Assembly (NCBI GenBank): GCA_040403075.1
Contig: JBBALJ010000001.1
Span: 18,731-82,730, forward strand
DNA length: 64,000 nt
Direction: 5' to 3'
From: Bacteroidia bacterium
GTDB lineage: Bacteria; Bacteroidota; Bacteroidia; UKL13-3
Shown here: positions 18,922 through 27,670 of the stretch, one piece after another
Position numbering within the stretch: position 1 is the stretch's first letter
How the letters are laid out: every line of letters starts with the position of its first letter
The notes under the pieces: generated by a model
What the model saw: only the letters and a program-made list of their open reading frames with translations
Databases searched by the model: none
Told to the model about the DNA's origin: nothing
Translations under genes and position numbers: made by a program

Positions 18922-19980
18922 TTATTTTAAAAGTTCACTCTCCTTCATCAAAATTGGCAGCGAATCAACATCTCTTAGGAATATTAAATCTTTTTCGAAT
19001 TCGTACATTTTATAGCTTTTGTCAAAGTTCAAATCCTCATCAAGTAATCTTATGGTATCAGAAGCAAAATTGGCTCCACCAGCTGCAAAACACTGGGTGA
19101 AGGCAACATGTCTAACATTTATTTCCGTAATATATGGTTTACCGTTTTCATCTTCTTTGAAGTCAACTGTATAAAATCCATGTTTAGTAGATTTGCTATT
19201 TTCAAATAAAAATTCTAGAGAATTTATAGCCAATTTAACCAATTCGGGTTCATTAATCAACCTACCAAATGATGTATTTCCAGTGATACCTGAAGGTGCC
19301 ACTTTTGACATAATGTAATTAACCCTTTCGCCACAAGCTGATCTAATTATGTTTCCTTCGAAATATAATAATTTACACGCCAAATTACGACCAGAAAGAA
19401 ACTTACTAGCTAAAAAGGTTTTAACATTTGGATTTATTTGAATCCAGTTTTGAAGTGATTCCATTGAATCAATCCTAAGTGAGCCCAATCCACTAGTTCC
19501 GCTGCTACTTCTTACCCAAAAATCACTTCCAAGCTTTTCAAAAACACCTCCAAGATTGGTTTCATTTCGACTAAATTCAACTGAGGGAGGAACAACACCC
19601 AAAGGATTTAACAATTCTGTCATTTGCGCCTTATCCACTAAAAGTTCAGCCATCTTTGATGATGGGAGCAAAGCTTTACAGGGCAATTCACCTTTTTCAC
19701 TCTTTTTACTCCATTCCATCACTTCCAATTCTGGCAAAATAACGGCATAATCAATATTATTCTCTAAAACAATTTTGCTTATCACTTCCCAATAATTTGC
19801 ATCAGTACATCTTGGTATTACATAAGATTTACTGAATAACTCGCTCTGATATAGTCCAATTGAAAGTGGATTAATATCAGTGGCAATAAGTTCAAATCTT
19901 TTGTAAAAGCTGTACTTTTTGAGTGCAATTGCAAAACTTCTTGGTGTAGGTCCACCTACTCCTGTAATTAATATTTTCAT
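18922..19980 (-). CDS. ATP-grasp domain ligase (carbamoyl-phosphate-synthase-like fold)
   Basis: The track ORF extends to 20022, but the ATG at 19978-19980 (MKILITGVGGPTPRS...) removes the overlap with the upstream gene. ATP-grasp-like core with YITEINVRH near the C-terminus. Confidence 0.65.
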   Translation of the reverse strand: MKILITGVGGPTPRSFAIALKKYSFYKRFELIATDINPLSIGLYQSELFSKSYVIPRCTDANYWEVISKIVLENNIDYAVILPELEVMEWSKKSEKGELPCKALLPSSKMAELLVDKAQMTELLNPLGVVPPSVEFSRNETNLGGVFEKLGSDFWVRSSSGTSGLGSLRIDSMESLQNWIQINPNVKTFLASKFLSGRNLACKLLYFEGNIIRSACGERVNYIMSKVAPSGITGNTSFGRLINEPELVKLAINSLEFLFENSKSTKHGFYTVDFKEDENGKPYITEINVRHVAFTQCFAAGGANFASDTIRLLDEDLNFDKSYKMYEFEKDLIFLRDVDSLPILMKESELLK

Positions 19981-19984
19981 ATTC

Positions 19985-20590
19985 TTAATTCTTTCCGTTA
20001 AATGGTAACATTGGCCTATCAATACTTTGATTTACTCCCTCAGACATAATAACCTTTAAAAAGGTAAGCCACAGTATTTTAATATCAAGCCACATACTAA
20101 GATTTTCAACATAATACACATCCAGATTAAATTTTTCTGTCCAACTAATGCTATTACGCCCGTTAACTTGGGCCCAACCTGTAATACCAGGTTTTGCAAG
20201 ATGTCGTTTTTTTTGTTCTTCAGAGTATAAAGGTATGTATTTAAATAAAAGTGGGCGAGGGCCAACCAAGCTCATATCACCCTTTAATACATTAATGAGT
20301 TGAGGCAGTTCATCAATTGAGGTTTTTCTAATAAATCGGCCTATGGGGGTTAAACGAATATTATCGGGCATCAGCATACCATTTTTATCTTTATTATTGT
20401 TCATAGAGCGAAATTTAATCACTTTGAATGGTCGCTCTTTAAAACCTGGTCTTTCCTGTAGGAAAAATGGTTCTCCTTTATTAATAAAAGATAGAATAAT
20501 CGTAAAAAGAAAAAGAATTGGACTTACAATTAGCAAAATTACAATACTAAAAAATAAGTCAATTAATCGTTTCAAAAATATTCTATACAT
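19985..20590 (-). CDS. Initiating undecaprenyl-phosphate sugar-phosphate transferase (small PglC/WecP-type bacterial sugar transferase)
   Basis: 201 aa. One N-terminal TM, then FLQERPGFKERPFKVIKFRSM, DELPQLINVLKGDMSLVGPRP and KPGITGWAQVNGR. Confidence 0.9.
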   Translation of the reverse strand: MYRIFLKRLIDLFFSIVILLIVSPILFLFTIILSFINKGEPFFLQERPGFKERPFKVIKFRSMNNNKDKNGMLMPDNIRLTPIGRFIRKTSIDELPQLINVLKGDMSLVGPRPLLFKYIPLYSEEQKKRHLAKPGITGWAQVNGRNSISWTEKFNLDVYYVENLSMWLDIKILWLTFLKVIMSEGVNQSIDRPMLPFNGKN

Positions 20591-20591
20591 C

Positions 20592-21593
20592 TTATCTTAA
20601 TAAGTTCTTTAAACCTCGATTAATAGGTAACTGCCATAATAATTTGCACCAATCGTGATTTCCTTCAATCAACCCTGGTCCCTTTTCTGTAATTACAACA
20701 TCCCATCCTATTGAGCGATTTGAGGTATTATATAACGCGGCCTTTTTAACCAATTCAATTGTTTCATTCCACATTGGCACCTTAAATCCAGTGATTCTTA
20801 CACCTGTGACAGGATGAATTTCCGAAGCCTCTTTTGTAATATCACTATAGACTGCTGCCCTAATTGCAATACCCGATTTTTCATCCAATTCTACAGCCAT
20901 GTTGCCCGCTGCCAAATTATCAACTGGAGAATTCACTGAAATTCGCAACCTACAACCCAAAATTTCAACTTGGTTATCATTTGTCAATTGAGTAAAAATC
21001 CTAACTGTATTTACTGCAGAAGGTGATAATCTGTTAATGTCTGGATGTTGGATGATAAACTCTTCAACCAAATCAAATCCATCATTTTCTATTTCGTTTA
21101 AAAATGTTTTATCAGATATATTTTTAGTTTCTATGATTTTAACCCCTTTACCACACTTACCATCTGCAGTTTTTAAAACTAATTTCCCAGATGGGCTATC
21201 CAACAATTGTTTTAATAATTCAGGATTAGACATTAACTCAACCAAATCTGCGACCTTATGAACAAAAAAAGGATGATATGCTTTGTAAAACTTAGTTTTG
21301 TCATCCAATACATCTCTATTTCCTTTGGGATTCATTCGAAGTTGATATTCGTACATATGTCCTGTGCCAGCCCATTCCAACTTCTGTAATTTTGTTTTCT
21401 CAAAGAATCTAAATTGAAAATATTCTAAAATACTTATGTTATACTTTAAACTGTTAAAGATTATTTTAAACAATAAAGAAATTCTATTATCTCCGCTGAA
21501 ACTTATCAAATAATTAGAAAATTTCATAAAGAGCACTTTATCTAAATTGTTAAAGTAATAGCCCAAATATATTATACGATTTAAATATCTCAT
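20592..21593 (-). CDS. Sugar-transfer-associated ATP-grasp protein (ATPgrasp_ST-like)
   Basis: 333 aa. It lies immediately upstream of the phosphoglycosyltransferase gene (1-nt gap). Features include KLVLKTADGKCGKGV, IEGNHDW and an N-terminal helical region typical of this family as I recall it. Confidence 0.6.
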   Translation of the reverse strand: MRYLNRIIYLGYYFNNLDKVLFMKFSNYLISFSGDNRISLLFKIIFNSLKYNISILEYFQFRFFEKTKLQKLEWAGTGHMYEYQLRMNPKGNRDVLDDKTKFYKAYHPFFVHKVADLVELMSNPELLKQLLDSPSGKLVLKTADGKCGKGVKIIETKNISDKTFLNEIENDGFDLVEEFIIQHPDINRLSPSAVNTVRIFTQLTNDNQVEILGCRLRISVNSPVDNLAAGNMAVELDEKSGIAIRAAVYSDITKEASEIHPVTGVRITGFKVPMWNETIELVKKAALYNTSNRSIGWDVVITEKGPGLIEGNHDWCKLLWQLPINRGLKNLLR

Positions 21594-22717
21594 TTTTCTT
21601 TGCTAATAATATCAATTAAATCAGAAGCTGAAATAAATTCAACCTCTGGCCATTTCATAACTATTTTAGTTAGTAGTATTTTTAAATTGCTCAACCCAAT
21701 TTTTCTATTTTCCTCACTAATAAATCCACTAAAGTTTATTCTATGTGAGCTAATATTAGCGACACGATTCAGATTAAAAGCTATTTCTATTTGATTCATA
21801 GCAAGATTCACAGGATCATAGCTAGTTTTCTCTGATGGCTCAAAAACCACATTTCTAACAATATTGAAAATATTATTTCTTTTGTTAAATTTGGTTGTCG
21901 TAAAACTTTTTTCAAATTTTCCGTTACCCAAATGCACCTTAGCATAAAATGGTTTATCAATGGCCTTTAAACCATATTTAAATAAGTTCGCCTCCAAGAA
22001 AGGAGGAAATTGTTGAGATGGGGGCGTGAAAACAAAAGCTTTTTTATGAAAAACTTTTTCAAATTCTTCTAGTCCGGTTGAAATTACACTATCAAATTCT
22101 GATGTTTCTATAAAATCATTAAAGGAGAATGCGGCTGTGTATATTCTATTACCATTTAATTCAGGCAAAAATGAATATGTTCTATTTTCAAATAATAACT
22201 TTAGGAGTTTGAAATTATTGTTACGTTGATACTTAAATTCCTCTATGTTTACATGTTCTCTGCCGTGAAATTCTGGAGATAATAATTTCATTTTTATACC
22301 CTCTTGCCATAAGTTCCATGTATTTTGATAATAATTAGGGTAAAGTTGTGCAAGTTTTTCAAAAGTTACAGGCAATTGCTCATAAGAATATTCTTCAAAA
22401 TTACTTTTTAAAATCGCTTCATAATTTAAATTACATGGAAGAGCATAACAAGTAAAAATAGGATAATTGCCGAATTTATCCTTTACAGATGTTAATGCTT
22501 CATAAAGCATGGATAAATCTTCAGTAGTTTCTAAACTGTCATACATATCAAATCTAGAATTGATACCAATACCTAATTTCTCAATTTGATTAATTATTTC
22601 TTTAGAACCAATCCTTAAATTTCCATAATCGTCAATTGAAAGAACAATAAGTTTTCTATTTGTTTTCCAACCATTAATATTCTTTAAATTATCAATTATT
22701 TTGGTTTTTATACTCAT
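21590..22717 (-). CDS. CE4/NodB-like polysaccharide deacetylase-fold protein (paralog A)
   Basis: 375 aa. LIVLSIDDYG (Asp-Asp), FHGREHVN (H-x3-H) and SSHRINF. Clear paralog of 32963..34078 along its full length. Confidence 0.5.
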   Translation of the reverse strand: MSIKTKIIDNLKNINGWKTNRKLIVLSIDDYGNLRIGSKEIINQIEKLGIGINSRFDMYDSLETTEDLSMLYEALTSVKDKFGNYPIFTCYALPCNLNYEAILKSNFEEYSYEQLPVTFEKLAQLYPNYYQNTWNLWQEGIKMKLLSPEFHGREHVNIEEFKYQRNNNFKLLKLLFENRTYSFLPELNGNRIYTAAFSFNDFIETSEFDSVISTGLEEFEKVFHKKAFVFTPPSQQFPPFLEANLFKYGLKAIDKPFYAKVHLGNGKFEKSFTTTKFNKRNNIFNIVRNVVFEPSEKTSYDPVNLAMNQIEIAFNLNRVANISSHRINFSGFISEENRKIGLSNLKILLTKIVMKWPEVEFISASDLIDIISKEK

Positions 22718-23912
22718 CGTTACTATTTAACACTTTAATAATTATTGCATAGGCAATTTGAGGGGTTAGATGCTTTTCAAAATAAAGTCTACCATTCGCA
22801 CCAATTTGCTTTCTTGATGTGGCATTTTGGTACAATTTATCAAAGTTGTTTTTATACGCTTCATGATCGCCAGCATAGCTCCAATAGCCCGCTTTTGCTT
22901 GATCTAAAATTTCATTATAATCTGTAGATTTATCAATAGATGCCAAAACAGGTATACCAACATTGAAATAGTCTAAGGTTTTACTTGGTATATTGGGTAT
23001 TGTAAAACTTTCGTGCAAACTAATAAGTCCAACATCACAAATTCTAATTAAATCTTGATATTCTTCTTTAGGAATGGTTTTTTGAATTTGAATATTTGTT
23101 ATTCCAAGTCTTAAAATGTCTTGTTCTAGTTTATTCATATGAACACCTTCTCCTAAAAGCAAAAAAACAACATCTTTATAAATTTGGCAAGACTTGGCTA
23201 GTACTAAAACATTTTCTAATTGTTGTGCTTTACCCATGTTGCCACCAAATACTACAACAAACTTGTCCTCTAATTGATATTTTCTGCGAAGTTCAAAATT
23301 GGCCTTTTTCTCTATATCATAGAGTATTTGGTAATTACTCAATACATGTAGTTTCTTGTGGTCTAAAAATGGATTATGATCCTCAATGTATTTAATATTT
23401 CCCACTGACATACATCCAATGTAATCGGCTGTATTATAAAGCAAAATTTCCTTTTTCTTAAAATAATTATAAAGAAATCCATCCTTCTTCATAAAACCTA
23501 AATCAACCGCATTTTGAGGAAAAATATCTCTTAAAATTAAATAGAACTTAGAATTGTATTTCAGCTTTAATTTTTTTGTTACATCTACTAGGGTGATAGG
23601 TGGTGTAGGCGATATGATTAAATCGAATTTTATGTTCGGATAGAACTTATTCAAGGCATTGTTATATTGATAAGGTAAAAGCAAATTGGCAAATCCTTTC
23701 AAGACATTTGGAACGTTTTTAATTGGAAGCGTTTTAACACGTAAAATATCGATACCGGCCTCATTACTAATGAAAGTTCTTTCGTTTTTATTATCAGGTG
23801 CCAATACAAAAACTTCATGACCGTTTTCATGAAATTGTTGAACAATGGTTGTAAACATATTGAACGACTTATTAAGGTCTGGAAAGGCAAACATTAAAAA
23901 AAGTACTTTCAT
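22692..23912 (-). CDS. GT4 glycosyltransferase, WbuB-like (L-FucNAc/FucNAm transferase type)
   Basis: 406 aa with a two-Rossmann GT-B layout. The N-terminus MKVLFLMFAFPDLNKSFNMFTTIVQQFHENGHEV resembles the WbuB subgroup. It is adjacent to the WbuXYZ-like genes. Confidence 0.7.
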   Translation of the reverse strand: MKVLFLMFAFPDLNKSFNMFTTIVQQFHENGHEVFVLAPDNKNERTFISNEAGIDILRVKTLPIKNVPNVLKGFANLLLPYQYNNALNKFYPNIKFDLIISPTPPITLVDVTKKLKLKYNSKFYLILRDIFPQNAVDLGFMKKDGFLYNYFKKKEILLYNTADYIGCMSVGNIKYIEDHNPFLDHKKLHVLSNYQILYDIEKKANFELRRKYQLEDKFVVVFGGNMGKAQQLENVLVLAKSCQIYKDVVFLLLGEGVHMNKLEQDILRLGITNIQIQKTIPKEEYQDLIRICDVGLISLHESFTIPNIPSKTLDYFNVGIPVLASIDKSTDYNEILDQAKAGYWSYAGDHEAYKNNFDKLYQNATSRKQIGANGRLYFEKHLTPQIAYAIIIKVLNSNDEYKNQNN

Positions 23913-23913
23913 T

Positions 23914-24693
23914 TTACTGTTGAGGAAAATTAAGCCTTATCAAATCATCCTTCACATCTGGATTTGGATAGTTAATTAATACAGCTTTGTAAACCCCTTT
24001 GAATACAAACAAACTTCCAGCAGATGCCCCAATTATGCCAAATTTATTAATCAATTTTCCAATATCATCTATAGAGCCAGCACCACCTATAACAGTTAGT
24101 GGCAAAGTAATTTCTTTTCTAATTTTTTCAACTAAATCAAAGTCAAAACCTTTCATTACTCCATCTTGGTCGATAGAATTAATTACTATTTCACCTGCTC
24201 CCATTTCTTGAAATAATCGTGCCATCTCAAAAGGATTTTTTCCTGTTCCTTTTTTACCATTATGGGTATATATTTCATATCCACCCAACAATTTCTTCTT
24301 AACATCCAAAACCACAACAGCACTCTGAGTGCCAACTCTTTCGGCAATCTTACTAACCAATTCAGGATTTTCTATGGCTGCAGAACTTAATGCAACTTTT
24401 TCAACACCAAGCGAGAAAATTCTTTGTGCTTGCTCTACATTTTTAATCCCTCCACCATAGCATAATGGCATTCTGCATTCAGAAGCTAATTTTTCGATTA
24501 TTTGATAGTCTGGCTCCGTATTATTAACGCTAGCGTCTATATCAAGAACCATTAATTCATCAGATTCTTTCTCATTAAATATCCTTACTGCATTAATAGG
24601 ATCTCCAACATACTTATGGTTCTTAAAATTTACTGTTTTTACCAATCCTTTTTCATGAATCAGTAAACAGGGTATAATTCGAGGTCTTAACAT
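23914..24693 (-). CDS. wbuZ: HisF-like cyclase subunit of acetamidino-sugar synthesis (WbuZ/AglZ-HisF2 type)
   Basis: 259 aa. MLRPRIIPCLLI...GLVKTV.F, CYGGGI, GAGEIVINSIDQDG and IGGAGS are (beta/alpha)8 HisF motifs. Confidence 0.85.
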   Translation of the reverse strand: MLRPRIIPCLLIHEKGLVKTVNFKNHKYVGDPINAVRIFNEKESDELMVLDIDASVNNTEPDYQIIEKLASECRMPLCYGGGIKNVEQAQRIFSLGVEKVALSSAAIENPELVSKIAERVGTQSAVVVLDVKKKLLGGYEIYTHNGKKGTGKNPFEMARLFQEMGAGEIVINSIDQDGVMKGFDFDLVEKIRKEITLPLTVIGGAGSIDDIGKLINKFGIIGASAGSLFVFKGVYKAVLINYPNPDVKDDLIRLNFPQQ

Positions 24694-24694
24694 T

Positions 24695-25309
24695 TTAAAT
24701 TTTTGAAAAATTTTCTAGAAGTTGAATACCAAAACGGTGGCTTTTCTCTGGATGAAATTGAACTCCATACACATTATCATTATTAACGGCACAAGTAAAT
24801 TTGATTCCATATTCAGAAGTAGCAATCGTATCTTGAGCATTATTACATAAAAAATAATATGAATGAAGAAAATAAAATTTCGGACTACCGCTAAAGTCTT
24901 TCAAAATTGAATTTGGTCTTTCAATATGGATATCATTCCAACCCATATGAGGCAAGTGTGTCGCAAAAGTAATTTTAGATTCATCAAAACGCTTTACATC
25001 ACCATCAATCCAACCAAGACCTTTTAATTTACCTTCATCACTTGAGTGGGCAAGCATTTGCATTCCCACACAAATTCCAAGCACAGGTACTTTTCTATTC
25101 AATACCATATCTTCAGCCACTTCTCTCATTCCTGATGTATTGAAAGTATTCATTGCATGATCAAAAGCACCTACACCAGGTAAAATCAATTTAGAAATAC
25201 CTTCAAAATCTTCCGATTCCTTCAAAATTCTAACTCGAATATGTAGCTTTCTATAAATATTTTCGAAAGCTTTGATATTACCCAATCCATAGTCAATTAT
25301 TCCTATCAT
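24695..25309 (-). CDS. wbuY: HisH-like glutamine amidotransferase subunit (WbuY type)
   Basis: 204 aa. IGIIDYGLGNI, LILPGVGAF, GICVGMQML (catalytic Cys) and FHPEKS. Confidence 0.9.
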   Translation of the reverse strand: MIGIIDYGLGNIKAFENIYRKLHIRVRILKESEDFEGISKLILPGVGAFDHAMNTFNTSGMREVAEDMVLNRKVPVLGICVGMQMLAHSSDEGKLKGLGWIDGDVKRFDESKITFATHLPHMGWNDIHIERPNSILKDFSGSPKFYFLHSYYFLCNNAQDTIATSEYGIKFTCAVNNDNVYGVQFHPEKSHRFGIQLLENFSKI

Positions 25310-26457
25310 CTCATTAATCTATTTTCCAGTCCTAATGCAGTTAATACTTTTGTTCCAAGGCTAATTATGTGCCTTTTATTTTTATAGTCTTTAAAAGTTT
25401 TATTTACTCCTTCAAACAACTTTTGAAGTTCAGCCACCGTTAAGTCTAACTTATGAGCAACGTATTCAAATTCATTCTTTAATGTTTGCTCATCAAGTTC
25501 TGGTCTGGAAATTCTATCTAAAGCCTCTTCTCTTGTCATCTGACCTGTTAAAATTAAGCTTGAGAAATGCGCTCTTCTTTTTTCAAAACCAAATTTCCTT
25601 GGAAGCCAATAATCTTCATAAAATCTAGTAAATCTAGATTCATGATGTTTATGTTGGAATTTTTGCCATCCAAATTTTTTTTCTAATAATTCTTCAGCAT
25701 CCTTCTTAATGAATGGTACGTTATTCAAAGGTTTGAAGACCGTCATTCCCAATAATTTTTGATAATAAACCTTATAAGTCAAAATATCTACAATTGGAAA
25801 AGTTTTCAATTCTCTCTTTCCAAATTTTTTGTGAATATCTAAAACCATAATTTTATCAATTCCTGGATAAGCGCCCCATTCCTGAGGTTCCCTGCAACAC
25901 TCAGTTGAGTAATTTGAACCAGTTAACACATACTTAATTCTATTTTTTCTGGCAAATTTGTAAAGAGCTGAAAAAAAGGCAATATCCTGAGGGGCATCCT
26001 GCCCAGGAATTTGCGCTTTTAAATATGCTACCTGCAAATCCTTCATTTCCTCCCAGTTAATTACCTCTGTAAACAACTCAAGTCCTAGACCATTGCAGAG
26101 TTTCTCAATGTTACTAACAGCCTGTTCTGTATTCCATCCTGCATCAACATGAAATAAAAGGGGTCTTAAACCTAAGATTTCTTTCGCAATGTAAGTAGTG
26201 TAGGAACTATCTAACCCCCCACTTAAACCAATTATACAATCAAAGTCCTTTCCCACTCCTTCCATTTTTATTTTATCAGCAATTGCCCTAATTTCATTTA
26301 ATCCACTTTCATCTGGATGCCAATTAGGAAGTATACTTTTATGAAAATTGTGATAATAATCACTTATTCCATCTTCATCAAAAACAATGTTCGGATCACT
26401 AGTATCCATAATTGTTTTGGTACAAATTTGATATTTCATTTTGTAATTATTTTTCAT
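25306..26457 (-). CDS. wbuX: N-acetyl sugar amidotransferase (WbuX/WbpG/PseA-like PP-loop ATPase)
   Basis: 383 aa. CTKTIMDTSDPNIVFDEDG, then the PP-loop IIGLSGGLDSS. Operon order X-Y-Z matches acetamidino modules. Confidence 0.85.
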   Translation of the reverse strand: MKNNYKMKYQICTKTIMDTSDPNIVFDEDGISDYYHNFHKSILPNWHPDESGLNEIRAIADKIKMEGVGKDFDCIIGLSGGLDSSYTTYIAKEILGLRPLLFHVDAGWNTEQAVSNIEKLCNGLGLELFTEVINWEEMKDLQVAYLKAQIPGQDAPQDIAFFSALYKFARKNRIKYVLTGSNYSTECCREPQEWGAYPGIDKIMVLDIHKKFGKRELKTFPIVDILTYKVYYQKLLGMTVFKPLNNVPFIKKDAEELLEKKFGWQKFQHKHHESRFTRFYEDYWLPRKFGFEKRRAHFSSLILTGQMTREEALDRISRPELDEQTLKNEFEYVAHKLDLTVAELQKLFEGVNKTFKDYKNKRHIISLGTKVLTALGLENRLMR

Positions 26458-27670
26458 TTAGTGCTGATAAATTTTGATACAATTTTATGTATTCTAGACA
26501 CTGAATGTCCTTGTTGAAAAATTTAATAGCTGTATTTCTGCAAATTAATGAATATGTTTCCTTTCCTGCGTCAAGAATAACATTAATTTTTTTTAAAATT
26601 TCAGATAATTGCCCTGCATCAACTACAAATCCGCAACCTTCTTTAACTAACTCAGGTGTAGCAGTTGAATTATATGCTACTATTGGAGTCCCACAAGCTA
26701 GGGATTCGGCTGTTACTAAACCAAAAGATTCAGCCAATGATGTGCTAACAAATACATCTGCAAGTGAATAATAGTGTGACAAATCAATTTGATTTTCCGT
26801 GCGTTGAATTCCAATAATATTAGGAGGTAAATTTGCTATTTGACTTTTATCTAAACCAATCAAAATTATTATTTCATTGTTACTTATCAATTTAGATAAC
26901 TTATGGAAATCATTCAATCCTTTAATATCGCTCCATATATTGGCCACCCCAAGAATTACTTTTTTACTTCCTATTTTATGCTTTAGCCTTAAATCATTGC
27001 TTTCACGATTTCGGAAAATATCCAAATCAACTCCATTGTAAATGACATTTCTGTTTGTTTCTTTTAAAAATGATTCAGAGACCAATCTATCCATCCAATT
27101 AGAAACAGAAACAATTGTTAAATTTTTTCCAAGCGATGAGAAGAATTCTTTTTTCTTAAGAAAATTATTTTTCGAATTATCCACAGCTATACTTTTAGGA
27201 TAATAATTGATTAAAGGACAATGATTACATTCTGTTTTCCATTTTACACAATTCACTCTTACAAAGTAACAACAATGACCTGTGAAAGCCCAACAATCAT
27301 GAAAAGTCCAAACAACTTTTTTATTTGACTGAGCGAGGTAAGTAAAAAACAATTCGTAATTTAAATAATAGCCATGTATCTGATGCAGATGGATAATATC
27401 TGGGTTTATTTTTTCAATTTTTTTAATTAGTGACTTAGTGGCTAGTTTTGAGCCAAGGCCTTGTTGGTCAAGCAATCTAGATTTAGCTACATGTAAAAAG
27501 TAACTAAATAAGCCTCCAATTTTGAAAAATTTAGAATTCCCTAATTTATCTCCTCTACCAAATGCTATAAAACTTTCAAATTTATTTCTATTTAATGTTA
27601 ATCCTATCTCCTGCACTATTTTACCAGTACTTCCTTTTTTTAAAGTTACATTTACCTGTAAAATCTTCAT
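26447..27670 (-). CDS. GT4 glycosyltransferase with Cys-rich insert (tandem paralog 1)
   Basis: 407 aa. HLHQIHGYY, HDCWAFTGHCCYFVRVNCVKWKTECNHCP, and a C-terminal ESFGLVTAESLACGTP E-x7-E region. Confidence 0.85.
   Translation of the reverse strand: MKILQVNVTLKKGSTGKIVQEIGLTLNRNKFESFIAFGRGDKLGNSKFFKIGGLFSYFLHVAKSRLLDQQGLGSKLATKSLIKKIEKINPDIIHLHQIHGYYLNYELFFTYLAQSNKKVVWTFHDCWAFTGHCCYFVRVNCVKWKTECNHCPLINYYPKSIAVDNSKNNFLKKKEFFSSLGKNLTIVSVSNWMDRLVSESFLKETNRNVIYNGVDLDIFRNRESNDLRLKHKIGSKKVILGVANIWSDIKGLNDFHKLSKLISNNEIIILIGLDKSQIANLPPNIIGIQRTENQIDLSHYYSLADVFVSTSLAESFGLVTAESLACGTPIVAYNSTATPELVKEGCGFVVDAGQLSEILKKINVILDAGKETYSLICRNTAIKFFNKDIQCLEYIKLYQNLSALNEK

Noticed and set aside
20056-20265. Same-strand alternative-frame ORFs inside genes (20056..20265; also 36108..36314 and 23699..23890)
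   Set aside because: They are embedded in another frame of strongly supported CDSs (phosphoglycosyltransferase, CapF-like, GT4). No independent support exists.
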